Source of the DNA: Octopus sinensis
Taxonomy: Eukaryota
Length of the DNA: 64,000 nucleotides
Reading direction: 5' to 3'
NCBI RefSeq assembly: GCF_006345805.1
Contig: NC_043007.1
Location: 58,838,001-58,902,000 of the forward strand
Shown: positions 13,016-27,224 of the stretch, piece after piece
Position numbering within the stretch: position 1 is the stretch's first letter
How the letters are laid out: every line of letters starts with the position of its first letter
Notes under the pieces: model-generated
What the model was told of the DNA's origin: nothing
Databases searched by the model: none
Seen by the model: the letters and a program-made list of their open reading frames with translations, nothing else
Position numbers and translations under genes: made by a program

Positions 13016-16000
13016 TATATAAATTCAAATTATGATAAATGTAAACAAAGTTTGCTTTTAGAAGTGCTGAGATGTATTGAAGGATACGAATAAGGAAATA
13101 ATTTATTCAGCCAACAAATTTTTCTGCTAAATATGGATATTTTATCCTGTTCCTGCTGTTCTATCAGCATTATTCTGCATTTGAGAATAAATTAGTTCTT
13201 TATCTGTATCCTATACATACACACACACACATATATATATATATACATATATATATAGTTGAACTCATCATTTCTTTTAAGTAGTTATTTGTTGTGTTGC
13301 TTTAGATTAGTGTTTCTCAACCAATTTTTACCTAGGGACCTGTTTGATTCCTATCTTATTTGGATCGACCCTTCTAGCCATTCAATGTAAAAAAACTAAC
13401 CTGATGATTTACATTGGTTATACAATTGAAACATGATTAATCTAATTTGGAGTTGGAATTAAAGAAATATGGTGGAGGCAATGTTGTCATGCTTAATATC
13501 ACCAAAATGTTTAACTGTGTCTGGCTTGCAAATCTATCAAAACTGACTATGATCTCCACCCAAATTATCATCTCTTAAATCAATAACAATCAGATCACAC
13601 TATTACATTGTATGCTGACAGAGTTTTTGGTTTCTATCATCCCCATGAAATAGTTTTGCTTTCCAATCTCTTTATTTCGTGTATGACCAATTTGCTGCTG
13701 AGTCCAGCAATGCCACCTCTAACACAGATAACAGTATTCTTCATTCTTTGTTAACCTTCCACATGCCATGCCCCCATGGATTCCATGAACAGAGATCTCA
13801 GAATCATTCTTCAATGGAGATGTCCCAATTTTACCTTTTTCAACAAGAGGACATAACTACACATACATCTAAACATGAGCAGCACACAACTAAGGCCCTC
13901 ATGACCACTCCAAAGTATAGGGTATCACAATTACCAAAGCTCTCTCCTCACAAAAGCCATTTCAAACAGAGTTGGGATTGCATCCAATGACTGGTCTTTC
14001 TTTTCAGGGTCAAAATATTTCATCCCCACTTCCCATACTGATTTTTACAAGAGTACTATCTCCTCTCTTGTCTGATACTATAATAGTCTCTGCTCCTTGG
14101 AGCTGGCTGGGTTCATATCATCTCCATTCATAAATTTTCTATTTGTTTTCCTCTCCTCCTCTCAATACCCTTGTTCTGCACCACCACCCCATACAAACCA
14201 TTATGATTACTCTTCACTCCACAGTACAATCTTGGCAGTCCATCTTGTAATACATGAATGATTTATGTCCAGTCAGTTACCTGTAGCTCATGTATCAAAT
14301 TTGTGTTGCATGTTATTCTCTAACATATTGGTCACAAATGTTGCCTATACCTTTTATGAGAACAATGTTTTCTCTTCTCACAAGCATTTGATGTTCCTCT
14401 TTCTCTTATGTTTCTTACTCCCCCTCTCCTACTTCTCATCACACTGTCTTTTTTTGTTCACCTTCCTTTTTCCTAGTTTCAGAACACACAACTTCATAAA
14501 GTTGTTTGAAATAGCTTTCGTAGTGCCCATGAAACTAATATTAAAAACAGCAAATAACTAAACTTCATTTAGTAGGTGCATTCATTATAAACTGCATCAA
14601 TGAAACCACATGTCGTAAGACTAAAAAGTACAGAACATTTCAGGTGTACAGATGTTGACATTACTGAGATCTGTTGGCACTTAATGCACTTTATAAAGGT
14701 CAGGTAAAAGGAAATCTAATATGCTGACAATACATGAGTGATGAGAAGTGAAGGGTACTACAAATGAATTAATCACTGACTTGCAACAATGATTTATGAA
14801 TTTTGCCATTCTCCCATATAAAAGTCAATAAAATATAATGCAGTAAAACTGAAGGTGCTCCATCATCTTGAGAAATTTCCAAAGACTATTTTCTAAAATG
14901 CTTTTGCATGGGTAAAGAATATGAACTGAGTCAGGGTTGATTAAATAAATACACAAATATCATAGTTGTTGTAAGATAAAGATATACTTATGAGTCTACT
15001 TTTAACCTTAAATTGACTATACAGAAGTGCTGATCACTTGAAATGGATGGAACTTGTGGAAGGAGACCCAGGAAGACACAGGACAAAATATTGAAAGCCA
15101 ATCTCAAGACACTGAGCCTTGCAAAAGAGATGACAAAGGACCAAGATATCTGGTGTATTGCTGTACTGAAGAAGACCCGTCTACCACAGCAGAATTGATA
15201 CCAGTGCTGGTGTCACATTAAAAGCACCCAGAACACTGTAGAGTGGCTGGTGTTATAAAAGGCACCCATCTGTAGAAACCATGCCAGAACTGACAATGGA
15301 ACCTAATACAACCCCTGGAATTACCAGCTCTGGTCCAACTGTACAACCCATGCCAACATGGAAAACAGACGTTAAATGATAATGCTGATGATCTCAAAGG
15401 ATGTACTCAGAAATAACTCCACGAAATGGAGATGAGCTTGTGGAAGATGACAGAAATGTGGAAATATGAAGTATGATGAACACCATGGATTTTTTTAGTC
15501 ACATTAAAGACTGCTGAAAGACAAATTTCCTTGTTGATATTCCAAAACAGCAAGCCTGATTAAAAGGTAAGGAGGGTTTCAATAATTTATAACAAGAGCA
15601 GTTCAATCATCTGTTAAATAGATTACCTACAATTAGTAATATAACAGGGATTCAAGTTCTATAATAATATTTGCTAAGGGAACTGGATCAACTACCAATA
15701 CTGCTATGGCGAATCAGCATTGTTCTATTTTAGTGAAGTTCACTAGTTAAATTCTAAATGAATGATTGGTCAATAACCATATAATGACATTTGTACTCTT
15801 AAACTGGAATGGAAATCTATTTTCTTCAGTCAATTAATGGATTCCTGATAAAGTATTTTCTATCAAAATGTATTGTAAATATAGCCAAGTAAAAACAATA
15901 AGAGAGTGGGGTGGATGTTTAGTTATTCACATAAAGGAGTTAAACAGGAAAATTAAACATTTGCTGCATGTTGTGATATTCAAGCTTAATGCATAAAATA

Positions 16001-16194
16001 TAAGCAATGTAATGAAATAGTTCCAACATGCCAGGAACTTGGCTCAAGAACTTATAGCCACTCCATGCAATTGCCCCAGTAAAATTATACAGCACTATCA
16101 TCATCATTTTCTACCAGTAGGATGATTTGACAGGATTTAACAGATTGGAGGATTAAGTCTTGTTCCAATGTTTCATTTTTAGTATGGTTTACAT

Positions 16195-16697
16195 CAGGGA
16201 TTCTCAACCATTTAAATCATGGAATCCTTTGATTACTATTTTATTCTGGTGGACCACACTAGCCATTCAATGTTTTATAGAAACTTCTTACAAAGTTCCT
16301 ATTTTGCTTTTCACACATTAACTTATGTAGAGCGAACTATATAAAATGTTGGAGAAAGAAATCTAGCTGTTTCTTGCAATACATGTTGATATATACGACT
16401 GTGAGTGGGTACTGAAAAAGTTCCTGGCTTTAAGGGTATTGTGAAAGACTTGATTGGAGGACCAACCTTCCAAGTTCTTTTACAGGACTTAGAAAAACTG
16501 AAGGGGTGCTGCAATAAGTGTGTGAATCTGAGGGGAATATGTTGAACAAAATCATAATTAACTGATCCTCCTGTATTTTCTTTTAGGAAATTTTCAGCAC
16601 CCGCTTGTAAAGCAAAATTTTTTCAGGGGCCCTTAAAATACTATTGTGGATCCCCAATTTACTATTTTATTACATGAACCCCAGTTGAGAACTACTG
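16195..16697. mobile_element. hAT-type MITE (TIR cag..(a/g)ttctcaac) interrupted by a mariner MITE; related partial copy at ~13308-13400
   Basis: cagggattctcaac / gttgagaactactg termini; interior shared with the 13.3-kb copy. Confidence 0.65.
16402..16607 (+). mobile_element. ~205-bp mariner-derived MITE
   Basis: TIRs gagtgggtactgaaaaagttcct / aggaaattttcagcacccgcttg; interior resembles a transposase C-terminus. Confidence 0.75.
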
Positions 16698-16789
16698 GCT
16701 TGTATGGTTGGATGCCCTTCTTAACATCAACCACCTGACAGTGTTCTGGGTGCATTTTTTTATATTAGCACCAAAGAGGTTGCCTTGTA

Positions 16790-17900
16790 CAATGGTTGGT
16801 TGAAAAGTTCTTAGGTAGATCAAGATACTCTCATAGAACGTGATCAAATGAGATTCATTTTTCAACATAGTTTCCCGTGTAGTCCACACACTTCTTACTC
16901 AGTGTCACAGTACTTGGATCCCATTGAAGAAGCTTTCATCCTGTTGCTAAAAAAAGTCATCAACAGTAGATACGACATCATTATCACTGCAATACTGGTT
17001 CCTAGCCAAGTGTCTTTTCATGCTGTAAAACACGATAGCCAGATGTTGCTAAATCAGGAGAATAGAGAGGCTGATCAACCAGTTCAAAGCTAGAGTCATG
17101 CACAGCAGCTATTGAAACCAATGACTTGTGTGCTGGAGCATTGTCCTGTTGAAACAAGACCTCTTTCTTCAGCTTTCCTGGGCATTTGGTCTTCATAGCC
17201 TCAGCAAATTGGCATAGTACACTCCATTGATAGTGTGGAACTTTTTGCATCTCCAAAAAACTGGGTCCATCATATTCCCTGTTGACTAAATGACTTTGGA
17301 GCAGATGAGGTGGGCGTTTCCACTGCATGGATTGTCTCATTGGCTCAAAGTGATGAACCAAACACTCATCCTGGGTTAGGAAACGTTTAAGGAAACCAGC
17401 TGGATCTTCCTTAAACAATGTTAGATTTTCCCGTGATGTGATCAACCTGGGGCGCTTTTGATCAGGTGTCAGAAGATGTGGCAGCCAGCGAACAGAAACA
17501 TTTGTCATGACAAGTTCATTGCGCAGAATATTCTCAACTCTCTCACGGGATATGCTAATAGCATTGACTATTTGATTTATAGTCAATCCCCTGTCATCCA
17601 ATACCATGTGAATACAATCAAGGTTTTCCTTAGTGGTGACAGTTACAAGACATCCAGACTGCAGGTCTTCCTCAAGACTCTTTCATCCACCTAAATTCAG
17701 TTGACCACTTTTGCATTGTTGATAAAGCTGGAACATCATCCCCTAATGTAGCAACCAGATCAGCGTGAATGCCCTTAGGGGTTACATTTTTTTTTTTACA
17801 GGTACTTGATAACACTATGATGCCAAATCTTGCCCATTTTCAAGGCAAGTTGCTACTAATTACTATTGAAGTCTTCTTTGACCAGTCAGATGTCAGTTTA
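16790..17900 (-). mobile_element. Degenerate mariner with transposase remnant
   Basis: ORF 17002-17607: DDRGLT...VRWLPHLLT...TQDE...QQDNAPAH...YSPDLA; 3' TIR ta|caatggttggttgaaaagttc. Confidence 0.92.
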
Positions 17901-18249
17901 CCTGGAAAGCAACAATGCAGTTATTAATAGGAAGGGTTGAAATTAATGCATGCAAGATTTCACAACCCTGGCATCACTCCTTTTTTGTAGCTTGTAGAGT
18001 GAAAGGAGGTCCCATGATAGATGGAACAAATTCATTGTGAGAGAATGGTAATGGGGAGAATAACGGAGGGAACAGTAGTAGAATAGGAGTAGAAGTGATG
18101 GAGTCAACAGAAAAAAGGACAAAAGTAAAACAAGGTGAGAGGAAGGGAATGAGGTAATGGGGTGAGTTGATCTAGTGATGGGGTGGACCAGTTCATCTGC
18201 TACTTTGCCAGCAGGGGTTGAATGGTTCATAAGGATTGAAAACAGTTCC

Positions 18250-18628
18250 TCAACTACATGGTTCTGGATTCAGTCCCACTGCATGGCATCTTGGGCAAGT
18301 GCCTTCTACTATAGCCTTCGGTCAACCAAAGCCTTGAGAGTAGATTTGATAGACAGAAACTGAAAGAGTCCACTGTGCATATGTGGTGTGTGTGTGAGTA
18401 TGTGTGTGTGTATTTAGGTGCACATGTTTTTGTCCTCCCACCATCACTTGACAACTGATGTTGGTGTGCTTATGCCCCCATAACTTAATGATTTAACAAA
18501 AGAGACCGATAAAATAAGTACCAGGCTTTCAAAGAATAAATCCTGGGGTTGATTTCTTTGACTAAAAAACCCTTAAGATGGTGCTCCAGCATGGCCGCAG
18601 TCAAATGACTGAAACAAGGAAAAGAATA
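18250..18628 (+). mobile_element. SINE family A copy
   Basis: Colinear with 30395-30792. Confidence 0.85.
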
Positions 18629-19599
18629 CATATAAAGCAACTGGTCACTTATCTTTTACTGATTACACTAAGTGTATACTCTCCAACCCTAATCATGCTC
18701 CATATCTTTTATTCATTGTCAGCTAAAGCAATTGCATTCATAATCATTTCAGACACACTTCTCAATGATTATAATGTGTAACTATTTTAAAATGTCTTAA
18801 GGAAGCAAGCAGCAGTAATACTAGCACACCAGACAAAATGCTCAGTGGCATTTCTTCTGGATTTATGTCCTGAGTTCAAATTATGCCAAGGTCGACTTTA
18901 CTTTTAATCCTTTCAGCATTGATAAAATAAGTACCAGTCTAGCACTAGGGTATATATAATCAATTAACCCCTTCCTCTAAAATTTCAGAAGAAAGACTAT
19001 TTCAAAATATTTCTTCTTCATTATTTAAAATAAATTTTAAACTCGAAACGATATATTGTAACAACACCCCCATCTGTAGGCATCATTTTGGTAACAGTTT
19101 GCTTCTAGTGGCAGGCTTCACCAGTGGTGGTGTGTCACAGGTGTATATCAATAAATCTATACTAGTGCTAACATGTTATCTTAAAGCTTGGAGGATGGTC
19201 TAATTTATTTCACTGGATCCCTCTTTAAGAAAGATGGATGTGAACTGAGAGATATTTAGCTGCTGTTTCTAGCATGTCAAGCAACTGTGTAGAGGCTTCT
19301 TAGTATAACAAAGTGAACCAGAAGTTGTTGGTAGCTCTTACTCAGTCATGTGGCCAAGCTACTTTTTTTTAAAAATAAATTTTGGTTATTTTTGAAATGA
19401 TATCCAACAATGAGTAAGTGGTTAAAGTATATGAAATCACAAAGCAAATTTGACAATTCCTTGATCATTGACTGTGGCTGATTTGAAACTACATGGAAAA
19501 TGCATAGCATGTATGAAAATAAAATGTTATTGTTCTTTCCCTAGTGAAAGAACTGAAGACACAATGGTCAGTTCTCCTTGATACTGGACGAGTCAACTA

Positions 19600-19905
19600 A
19601 TATTCTCTTTTACACGTTTCAGTCATTTGACTACAACCATGCTAGAACACTGCCTTTAGTCGAAAAAAATCGACCCCAAGACTTATTCTATTGGTCTCTT
19701 GTGCCAAAACACTATGCTGCAGGACATAAACACACCAACATCAGTTGTCAAGCAATGGTGGGGGGACAAACACAGACACACAAATATATATATATATATA
19801 TATATACATACACACACACAACAGTTTCCATCTACCAAATCCACTCACAAAGCTTTGGCCAGCCCGAGGCTATAGTAGAAGACACTTGCCATGCAGTGGG
19901 AATCA
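19600..19905 (-). mobile_element. SINE family A copy
   Basis: Colinear with 30395-30792. Confidence 0.82.
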
Positions 19906-22900
19906 AGCTTCTTTACCTTAAGCCTTTAACATTTTAAATGTTAAAAGGCTTAAGGCCATGTCCAGTGCAAATATTGTTTTATGTTCAAACTGGTCAAATT
20001 TGGCCTTTCAGACCTACACTACAATGTCCATCTATAAACAAGCGCCTCAAAATCTCAAAGCTACGAGGTAATGGATGATTAAGAACAAGGTGAATAAACA
20101 TGCATTACATTTGACAGAGTAATCCAAAAGCTAAAGGGTTTAACTGAAAAAGATCTGCTAATTACCATAATTTTAGGTGATGAATTGGCAGAGTCATTAG
20201 AGCTTTGGGTGAAATGCATTACAGTATTTATTCTGGCACATTGCTCTCAGATTTCAAATCTCACTAAAGTTAACTTTTACTTTTTGTCCTTCCATGGTTG
20301 ATAAATAAAATACCAGTCTAGAGAAATAGACTGGCAAAAACATTAAAGTACTAGAGCTAATGCCTTTCAGTATTCATACAAGACCTTGGATTTTGGGTTC
20401 AAATCTCACCATGGCATATTTGGGTGTTACATCTTAAGCTGTCACCTGGTCCTTGAGTGCATTTAGCAGAGTCCTCTCTGTTGCAAGCATTCAAGCCAGG
20501 TTTCCAATTTGGAGATACCTTCCTCCCATCAGTTTTGGAAGCCCTGAAAAGGATTATAGACACACCCTTCCCTGTTGACTAAAAGATAAAAAAGAAAATT
20601 GTCTCGTTTAAAGATAGCGACATTTTAATTACGAATAGAAACAAAAGCCACAATGTTTTCCAATACACACTACACACAATCTACTAACCACTGTATATTG
20701 AACCTCCAGATCAAGGTGACAAAAGGTAAGCTTCAGTCCACAAATGATTTACTAAAGTATTCTCTGTGTACCTCAGGCCTTTTTATATATTTGTGAACCA
20801 CTGAGCAGTTGACTTTTAGACAACTTTTTGTATCATAATTAGTTTAATCCTTTAGTATTTAAACTGGCCATATCCAGCCTCTCACACCTATCCTGCAATG
20901 CTACTCTAAGAATAAACAATCACATCATTGAAATCTCAAAGCTATGAGATAATGCATGATTAATTCAAAACTGAAAAAATAAGCATTACGTTGGACAAAG
21001 TAATGTGAATGCTAAAGGGTTAATTTTAGTTTACATAAGAATTGGTAGAGATAGGAATATTGTAGATATGTAAGGATATTTTATATAAATGTTACATACA
21101 ATACAATATAGATGTGGGCCATGGACAAATATACAATCAAAAGTGAGTCATTACAAAAAGAAGTTGCAAATCCTTGTTTTGAAGTGACAGACTTATGTTT
21201 TGCTTTGACAATTCATGAAATTCAATGGCATTTGAAGAGTTGTTATTCCAGCAAAAAGCATTCAAATTAAGATTATTTTGATTTTTTAAATAAGGAAACA
21301 ATAAAAATAAGGCAAACATTATTCTGTTAATTAAAGAGGAATTAGTAGCAAATAATTATAAATAATACAGGTACAAAATCAATTTTCTGAGCCAGGAGTG
21401 GTTACCTTCATCAACACACTCTAAATCAAATGGCTATTAGATTTACCTTAACCCTTTACAATCTAAATAGGCTATGTCCAGTCCTTGACACCTACACTAC
21501 AATGTTAGTCTAAAAAATATACAATCACATCATTAAAATCTCAAGGCTACAAGATAATGCAGGACAAATTCAAATGAATGTGAATAAATATGATTGAGTA
21601 ATCTGAATGTTAAAGGGTTAAAATTAAATCAAATACAGGTACTAGTGGATTATAAGAGGTTCTGGACCACCAGTGTCCAGAAAGTCAGTACAAATGTACT
21701 AACAGTTTCTTGATGCTAAAATGTTGTTTTAAACCAACAACTTATAAAATTATATCTCAGTTCAAGATCAATCATTTACTGGTTGATTTCCTCTTTGAAA
21801 ATGTTGTGGAACATATTTTGTTATCCCTATAGACTTAACTTTTTCACTAATGTTCGTTTTCATTCTGTTATTGCTACACACATTCCTAAAACTAACAAGA
21901 GCAACCAAATACCCAACCTTTCTGAAAAAGGGCAGACAAGTAAGTGAATTTGGTAGTTGGAAATTGAAAGCAGCCCGTTGTATATGTTAGTGCATGTATG
22001 TGTGTTACTGTCTTCTTGCCTTGACATCGAGCAATAGTTCTAAGCAAGTATCACTATCATGCAAGCAGTGTCCATTTTTGATCTTCCATGAAGCCATGTC
22101 TGATCATGGGGAAATATCTTGTCTTACTTGGAAACAGGTGAGGGATAGCAAAAGGCATCCAGCTGTATAAAATCTACCTCACCAAATTCCACCTAACCCA
22201 TATGAACATGGAAAAGTGGACATTAAAACAATGATAATGATTCTAAATTTGTACTTACAACTGTCAATTCTTATCCAAGAAAACAGATGAGATTAAATGG
22301 AATGATAAGAAAACAGATTTATGGTGGTTGTATTAATATAGTGCTATGTTTGCATTCCAGTAAATTCAAGATATATGAAAGCTATTATCTCTAGTTAATA
22401 CCTTGTGTTTCCTACTAAGCAAATATATTGATAGAAGTTCACATTTGTGTGATTCCCTGACCCACAGTATTGTATTTCTTAACAGGATCAATACAATTCT
22501 TGTGCTTGGTATAATCTCAAAAGTAAATATCAAATATCCTCTTAAACTGAATAGCATGAAATTTTTTGACCAGTGACATAGTCAATACTCACATCCAATG
22601 TTTCATAAAATCTGAGTCTAGTTACAATAATCCTGTTACTGGTTTCCTTGTTTGTGCCTTGTATTTTTTCATAGAGCCATCAATAAACATAAAATATTTT
22701 AACCTATTTGTTAGTAGATTTCTGTTTGCATATACTGAAAAATTAAATTCACTAACACACATTCTAAACTCATTCCATTTCAAAGCAATCTACAGTGACA
22801 GTATTCACAATCTTTTAAAACTTTTTTGTTACCATATTTCTACACTACTTTTGCTTCAATTCACAGTGTCAAGCAAACTATCAGATGCTGTTATATACAG

Positions 22901-23154
22901 ATGGTCAGCCTTCAAGTGATGCCACCCTGCTAGCCAGGCAGGCAGACCAACATTCTTCCTGAACAAAATAGCAGTCCACTGCAAGGTTAGCTATTTACAA
23001 CAATGTGAAATTAAGTGTTTTGGTCAAGAATAAAATGTACCATCAGTTTGGGAATCTTGTGATCGTGAGTGGATCACCCAAATCACTAGGCCATATGTCC
23101 TCAGTTAATTTTGAAAATAATGTCTTAATTTTAAGAATAATGAAGAATTTAATA

Positions 23155-24530
23155 CAGCCATCATTTAGTGTCTACTTTCCATGCTGGTATGGGTTAGATG
23201 GTATGACTGAAATTGGTAAGCTGTAGGCCTACATCAGGTTCCAATCTGATTTGGCATGATTTCTATGACTGGATGCTTTTTACATGCCACCAGCACAGGT
23301 GCCAGTTATGTGACACCAGCATCGGACATGACTACAATTTCACTTGACTTGATAGGTCTTCTATACACAGTCGTACATGCTTACTGACATTGCATATCCA
23401 ATGAAACACACTAGTTTCATTTCTTTCAAGCCTACACACGTTCTCGGCGGTCACAGCCCTCATTTCAATGCTGTGTAGCATAGCTGTTTGCACACAGGCA
23501 TCATACAATCTGCCTTTCACTCTTAGGGAGAGGCCCTTAGTTACCAACAGAGGTAGGAGCTCTTTGAACTTTGCCCAGCCCTATTATTCTAGCAGCTACA
23601 CTCTCGGAGCATCCACCTCTGCTACTGACTTGGTCACCTAGATAATGGAAGCTATTAACTATTACTAGCTTTCCCACCTGGCATTTGATGGAGTCTATTT
23701 TCTGTACATTTTTACTGTTTATTGTACCTGTGCACCTTCCACACAAAAAACTATTTTCCTTGTTAACCTTCCTCTGATATTGCTGCACCTCTTATGTGTC
23801 CATAGCTTATACTGGGTACATCTCAGATTTTCTACCTATGCTTTTTCTTCAAATCAAGCAGGGCCATCTACCTGAAGGGATTTGTGATTTGTCTATTTTC
23901 CTATTGCCCTTTAATTCTAGATCTTGCTTCCATACTCGAAATTTCTTCTCTAGTTCTGATAGTGATTCAGCTATAAGAGCAAAATCATCAGCATAAAGGA
24001 GCTCCCAGGAGCAGCCCCTCTTAAATTCCTCTGTTATTGCCTGGAGGACTATGATGAACAAGAAAGGGCTGAGGACTTATCCTTGGGGAACCCCTACTTG
24101 TACCCTGAATTCATCGCTTTACTTGTTGCCAACCTTCACCTTAGTGATAACATTCTTGTACAGCTCTCACCAACAACTCATCTATCCCTAGTTTCCGCAT
24201 TGACCACCAATTATGGGAGCAAGGGGACTCTGTCAAAGACTTTCTCCAGGTCAACAAAAACCAGGCACAGAGTTTTATTTTTGGCTAAATATTTCTCCTG
24301 CAATTGCCTAACCAAGAATATAGCATTAGTCGTGCTCCTACTCGACACAAATCAAAACTGCATCTCATCTATGCTAAATTTGTTCCTAATTAATCGAGCT
24401 ATGACCCTTCTTGTAACTTTCATCACCTGGTCCAGCAATTTGATGCCTCTATAATTATTTGTGTCTAAGGCAACACCTTTGCCTTTGTAGCAGTTGTCTA
24501 TAATGCTGCTACACCAAAAACTGGGTAGAC
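23155..24530 (-). mobile_element. RTE-clade LINE RT/3' fragment
   Basis: FIIVLQAITEEFKRGCSWELLYADDFALIA; homologous to 7870-9715. Confidence 0.92.
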
Positions 24531-25249
24531 AACCTGATGTTTGGGATATAATTTAAGAAATTTTGTTGGAAGGTTTTAATTTAGATAATTAATTTTACCT
24601 CAATTCAATTTAATTTAGTTTGTGTCTTAGAACCAGCAGTCTCCGGTGGGTCAGCATCAAAAGGGTTAAAGGTAAGTTTTGTGTATCCTCAATGCTTTAA
24701 ACGAAAATTACAAGGTTGTCAGCAAATTTCAGATTGCTGTTGTTTTGCTCCAGGTCTGTACTGATCATGTAAACCTAAGCACGTCTTTTCATTTTCAAAT
24801 ATTGAATAATACAGTCATAGATACATTATGTTGATCTTTTTTAAGCTGGTAGATAAAAGAAAAACTATTCACACTAACATTTGTATTAATGCAGATTCTT
24901 GCCAAATTAACAACAGATAAAACAAATTAAGAGTCGATGCAACTCATTTTAAGGCACCCATTGCTATGTCACACTGTAGAGAAGGGAAACAACATATATG
25001 TCACCACTGTACTTTTTTTTTTTTTTAATCAATTTAGGTTTCCGTGTATGTATGGCGTCAATCGTCAACACGTTGGTGGCTTGTAGCTAGATTCAAGTTT
25101 GTGGTTAACATTCTTCAGCGGTTGATTTAGTACCCCATCCCAAGCTATAAATAGATACAAATGATGGATAAAATTTATTGATGTGTACAGTTTAAAACTG
25201 ACAAGTGATTCACCGGCTTGCAGTTCCAAATTCAATTCATCAAGCATGG

Positions 25250-25920
25250 AAAGTTACTGCAAGAGACGGGTGTATTTTTCTCATCTGCTTAACAGCAAAC
25301 AAAACGGAAGATAAGCAATAACATGGTAAACAACTAAGAGCCATAAGGTTTCTATTTGCGATACTAAAGGAGATTGGATGTTATTATGAAAGGAAAATTA
25401 CTACGAACAACACATTCTAGAATCAGAATTATTGAAAAGTCAAATATTTCTTAATGCTGTTTAGAACAAAGTAGTTAGTAACGGTCGGATTCATTTTAGT
25501 ATTTGTACATTTATTGAAAACACGTGCAGTACTTTTTCTATAGAGTTTATGTTATATGTATTATAGGTTAGGGGTTGGATATGGCTATAATTTAAGGTTA
25601 AGGAGAGAGTTAGGTATTAAAAGACGAGATTGTCACGATTGGAAAGCTGGAATTGCGTTGAAATTTATTTGCGCATGCACGACTCACATGCTATACCAAA
25701 AATGAATCGGACTATTGACTTTTTAGACCACGAAATTCGAGACATCTTGATAGCACGTTTGGGGAAAGAAATGAAAATTGGACCAATCGATAAAATAAAA
25801 ATATATGAATCAAATCTGAAGGGGAAATAACGTAAAAATTACCGAATTAACTGTTTCCCTCTGGAAACATCAGAACGGTATTTTTCACCGGAAGTGCTTC
25901 GGAGAGCCGTGACACCTCTG
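25250..25920. promoter_or_regulatory. CpG-enriched promoter-like region (ETS motif CCGGAAGTG at 25888-25896; NRF1-like TGCGCATGCA at 25670-25679; minus-strand AT|GTGAGT donor at 25688)
   Basis: Motifs and CpG density are visible in the sequence; the transcript it drives is unknown. Confidence 0.45.
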
Positions 25921-25959
25921 CTTATATTTACAATATTAACTCGCAATAAGATTGAAACA

Positions 25960-26395
25960 TTGGGGCTAATGCGAACATTAATGAAAGAAATGCGAAAATA
26001 TGACATAATGAATTAATGGGTTTCACAATTACAAAAAAAAAAAACCATGAGGGGCCAAAAGTCAAACTGGAAGCGTTCACATGGCCGCTCAACCTGCTCC
26101 GTCGGCGGAGGTAAAGAATACAAGGGCTAATGCAGTTTCGCACTTCTTGAAAAATGCAGAATGGGGCCCCCAGAATGCGTACACCACCCGTTTTTGGCGT
26201 AACAAAGACCCTAACTTTAAACACCGGGTGTACGTATTCTTTACTTGGTTAATATAGATATTAACCCTTTACTTTTGCCAACATGTCTTGAACATATTGA
26301 ATAGTCCGAAAAACAAAAAAAAAATGTCGTGTTCCTAATTAATCTGCATTAGCCCCCTAAAGAGGATGAGGTACAAATCTGCATTAGCTGCCTAA
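25960..26395. repeat. Unclassified element with repeated GGGCTAATGC motifs in both orientations and an internal 14-bp hairpin
   Basis: Motifs at 25962, 26124 (+) and 26341-26360, 26376-26394 (-); hairpin arms 26172-26185 / 26227-26240. Confidence 0.5.
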
Positions 26396-27224
26396 AATGA
26401 AATAGTGTAAAAATGTGCTAAAGAATAGACGATGTTTCGAATACAAGTAATTTTTTGATTAACAAAGAAAGTTTGATGCTTGTCGGTAGGGCATCTAAAA
26501 ATTAAACATGTCATTGTATTAAAAAGAGAAACAAAAATAAAGTGTAACTGTGTTGAGGGTAATTTCAGATCAGCATAAACAGTTGCACATTTATATTCAG
26601 GAGAATATTTAAAGAATAATAGTTGCAGAGCTGGGTAAAACGATTAAAAAATGTGATGAAGCGTAGTGTTACACATGCTTGTCTAACGTGACATCAGAAT
26701 TAGACGTATATAATTTAGGAAAATATGTTTCACTTTACATTAATTACTGAAAACAAGAAAATATTTTTAAAAGAATGTAAAAATATAAATTACTTACGAC
26801 ATTTTGAAAATAAAGCGTGAGTTAATTTAACCGGTAACAGAGAAAACAAAAAATGGCGCAACTGCTTTAACAAGTTATCTCCCCTTAATAACCTCACTTA
26901 AAGGGAGGTTATTAAGGTTGGTCTAGATTAGTGGTTCCCAAATTTTTTCTTGCTGCCGCTCCCTTGGTTCTAAACCCACATTCCTATTACCCCCACCCAT
27001 TCACCGTCACAGACATAGACCATTTTCTGCAGCAAATTCAAAACAACAGTATTTCACAAATAAAACTTAAGCTTTATTTTGTCTTTTTTTTTACATCCAT
27101 TGCCCCCTTTTGGTCACCCCATTATTCTTCACTGGTTTAGATGTTTGTAGAGGTTCTTGAATTTCTGAGAGATGCCGAATCATCCTGCTTATATAGGAAA
27201 CAGTTGCGGTAAAACCTTTCTATA

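Noticed and set aside
14735-14785. C/D box snoRNA-like GTGATGA...CTGA
   Set aside because: Only ~43 nt between the boxes, a minimal terminal stem, and antisense to the putative host intron.
22366-22919. ORFs 22366-22557 (-) and 22566-22919 (+), and nearby minus-strand donor-like sites
   Set aside because: No recognisable domain; in-frame stops prevent a consistent exon model.
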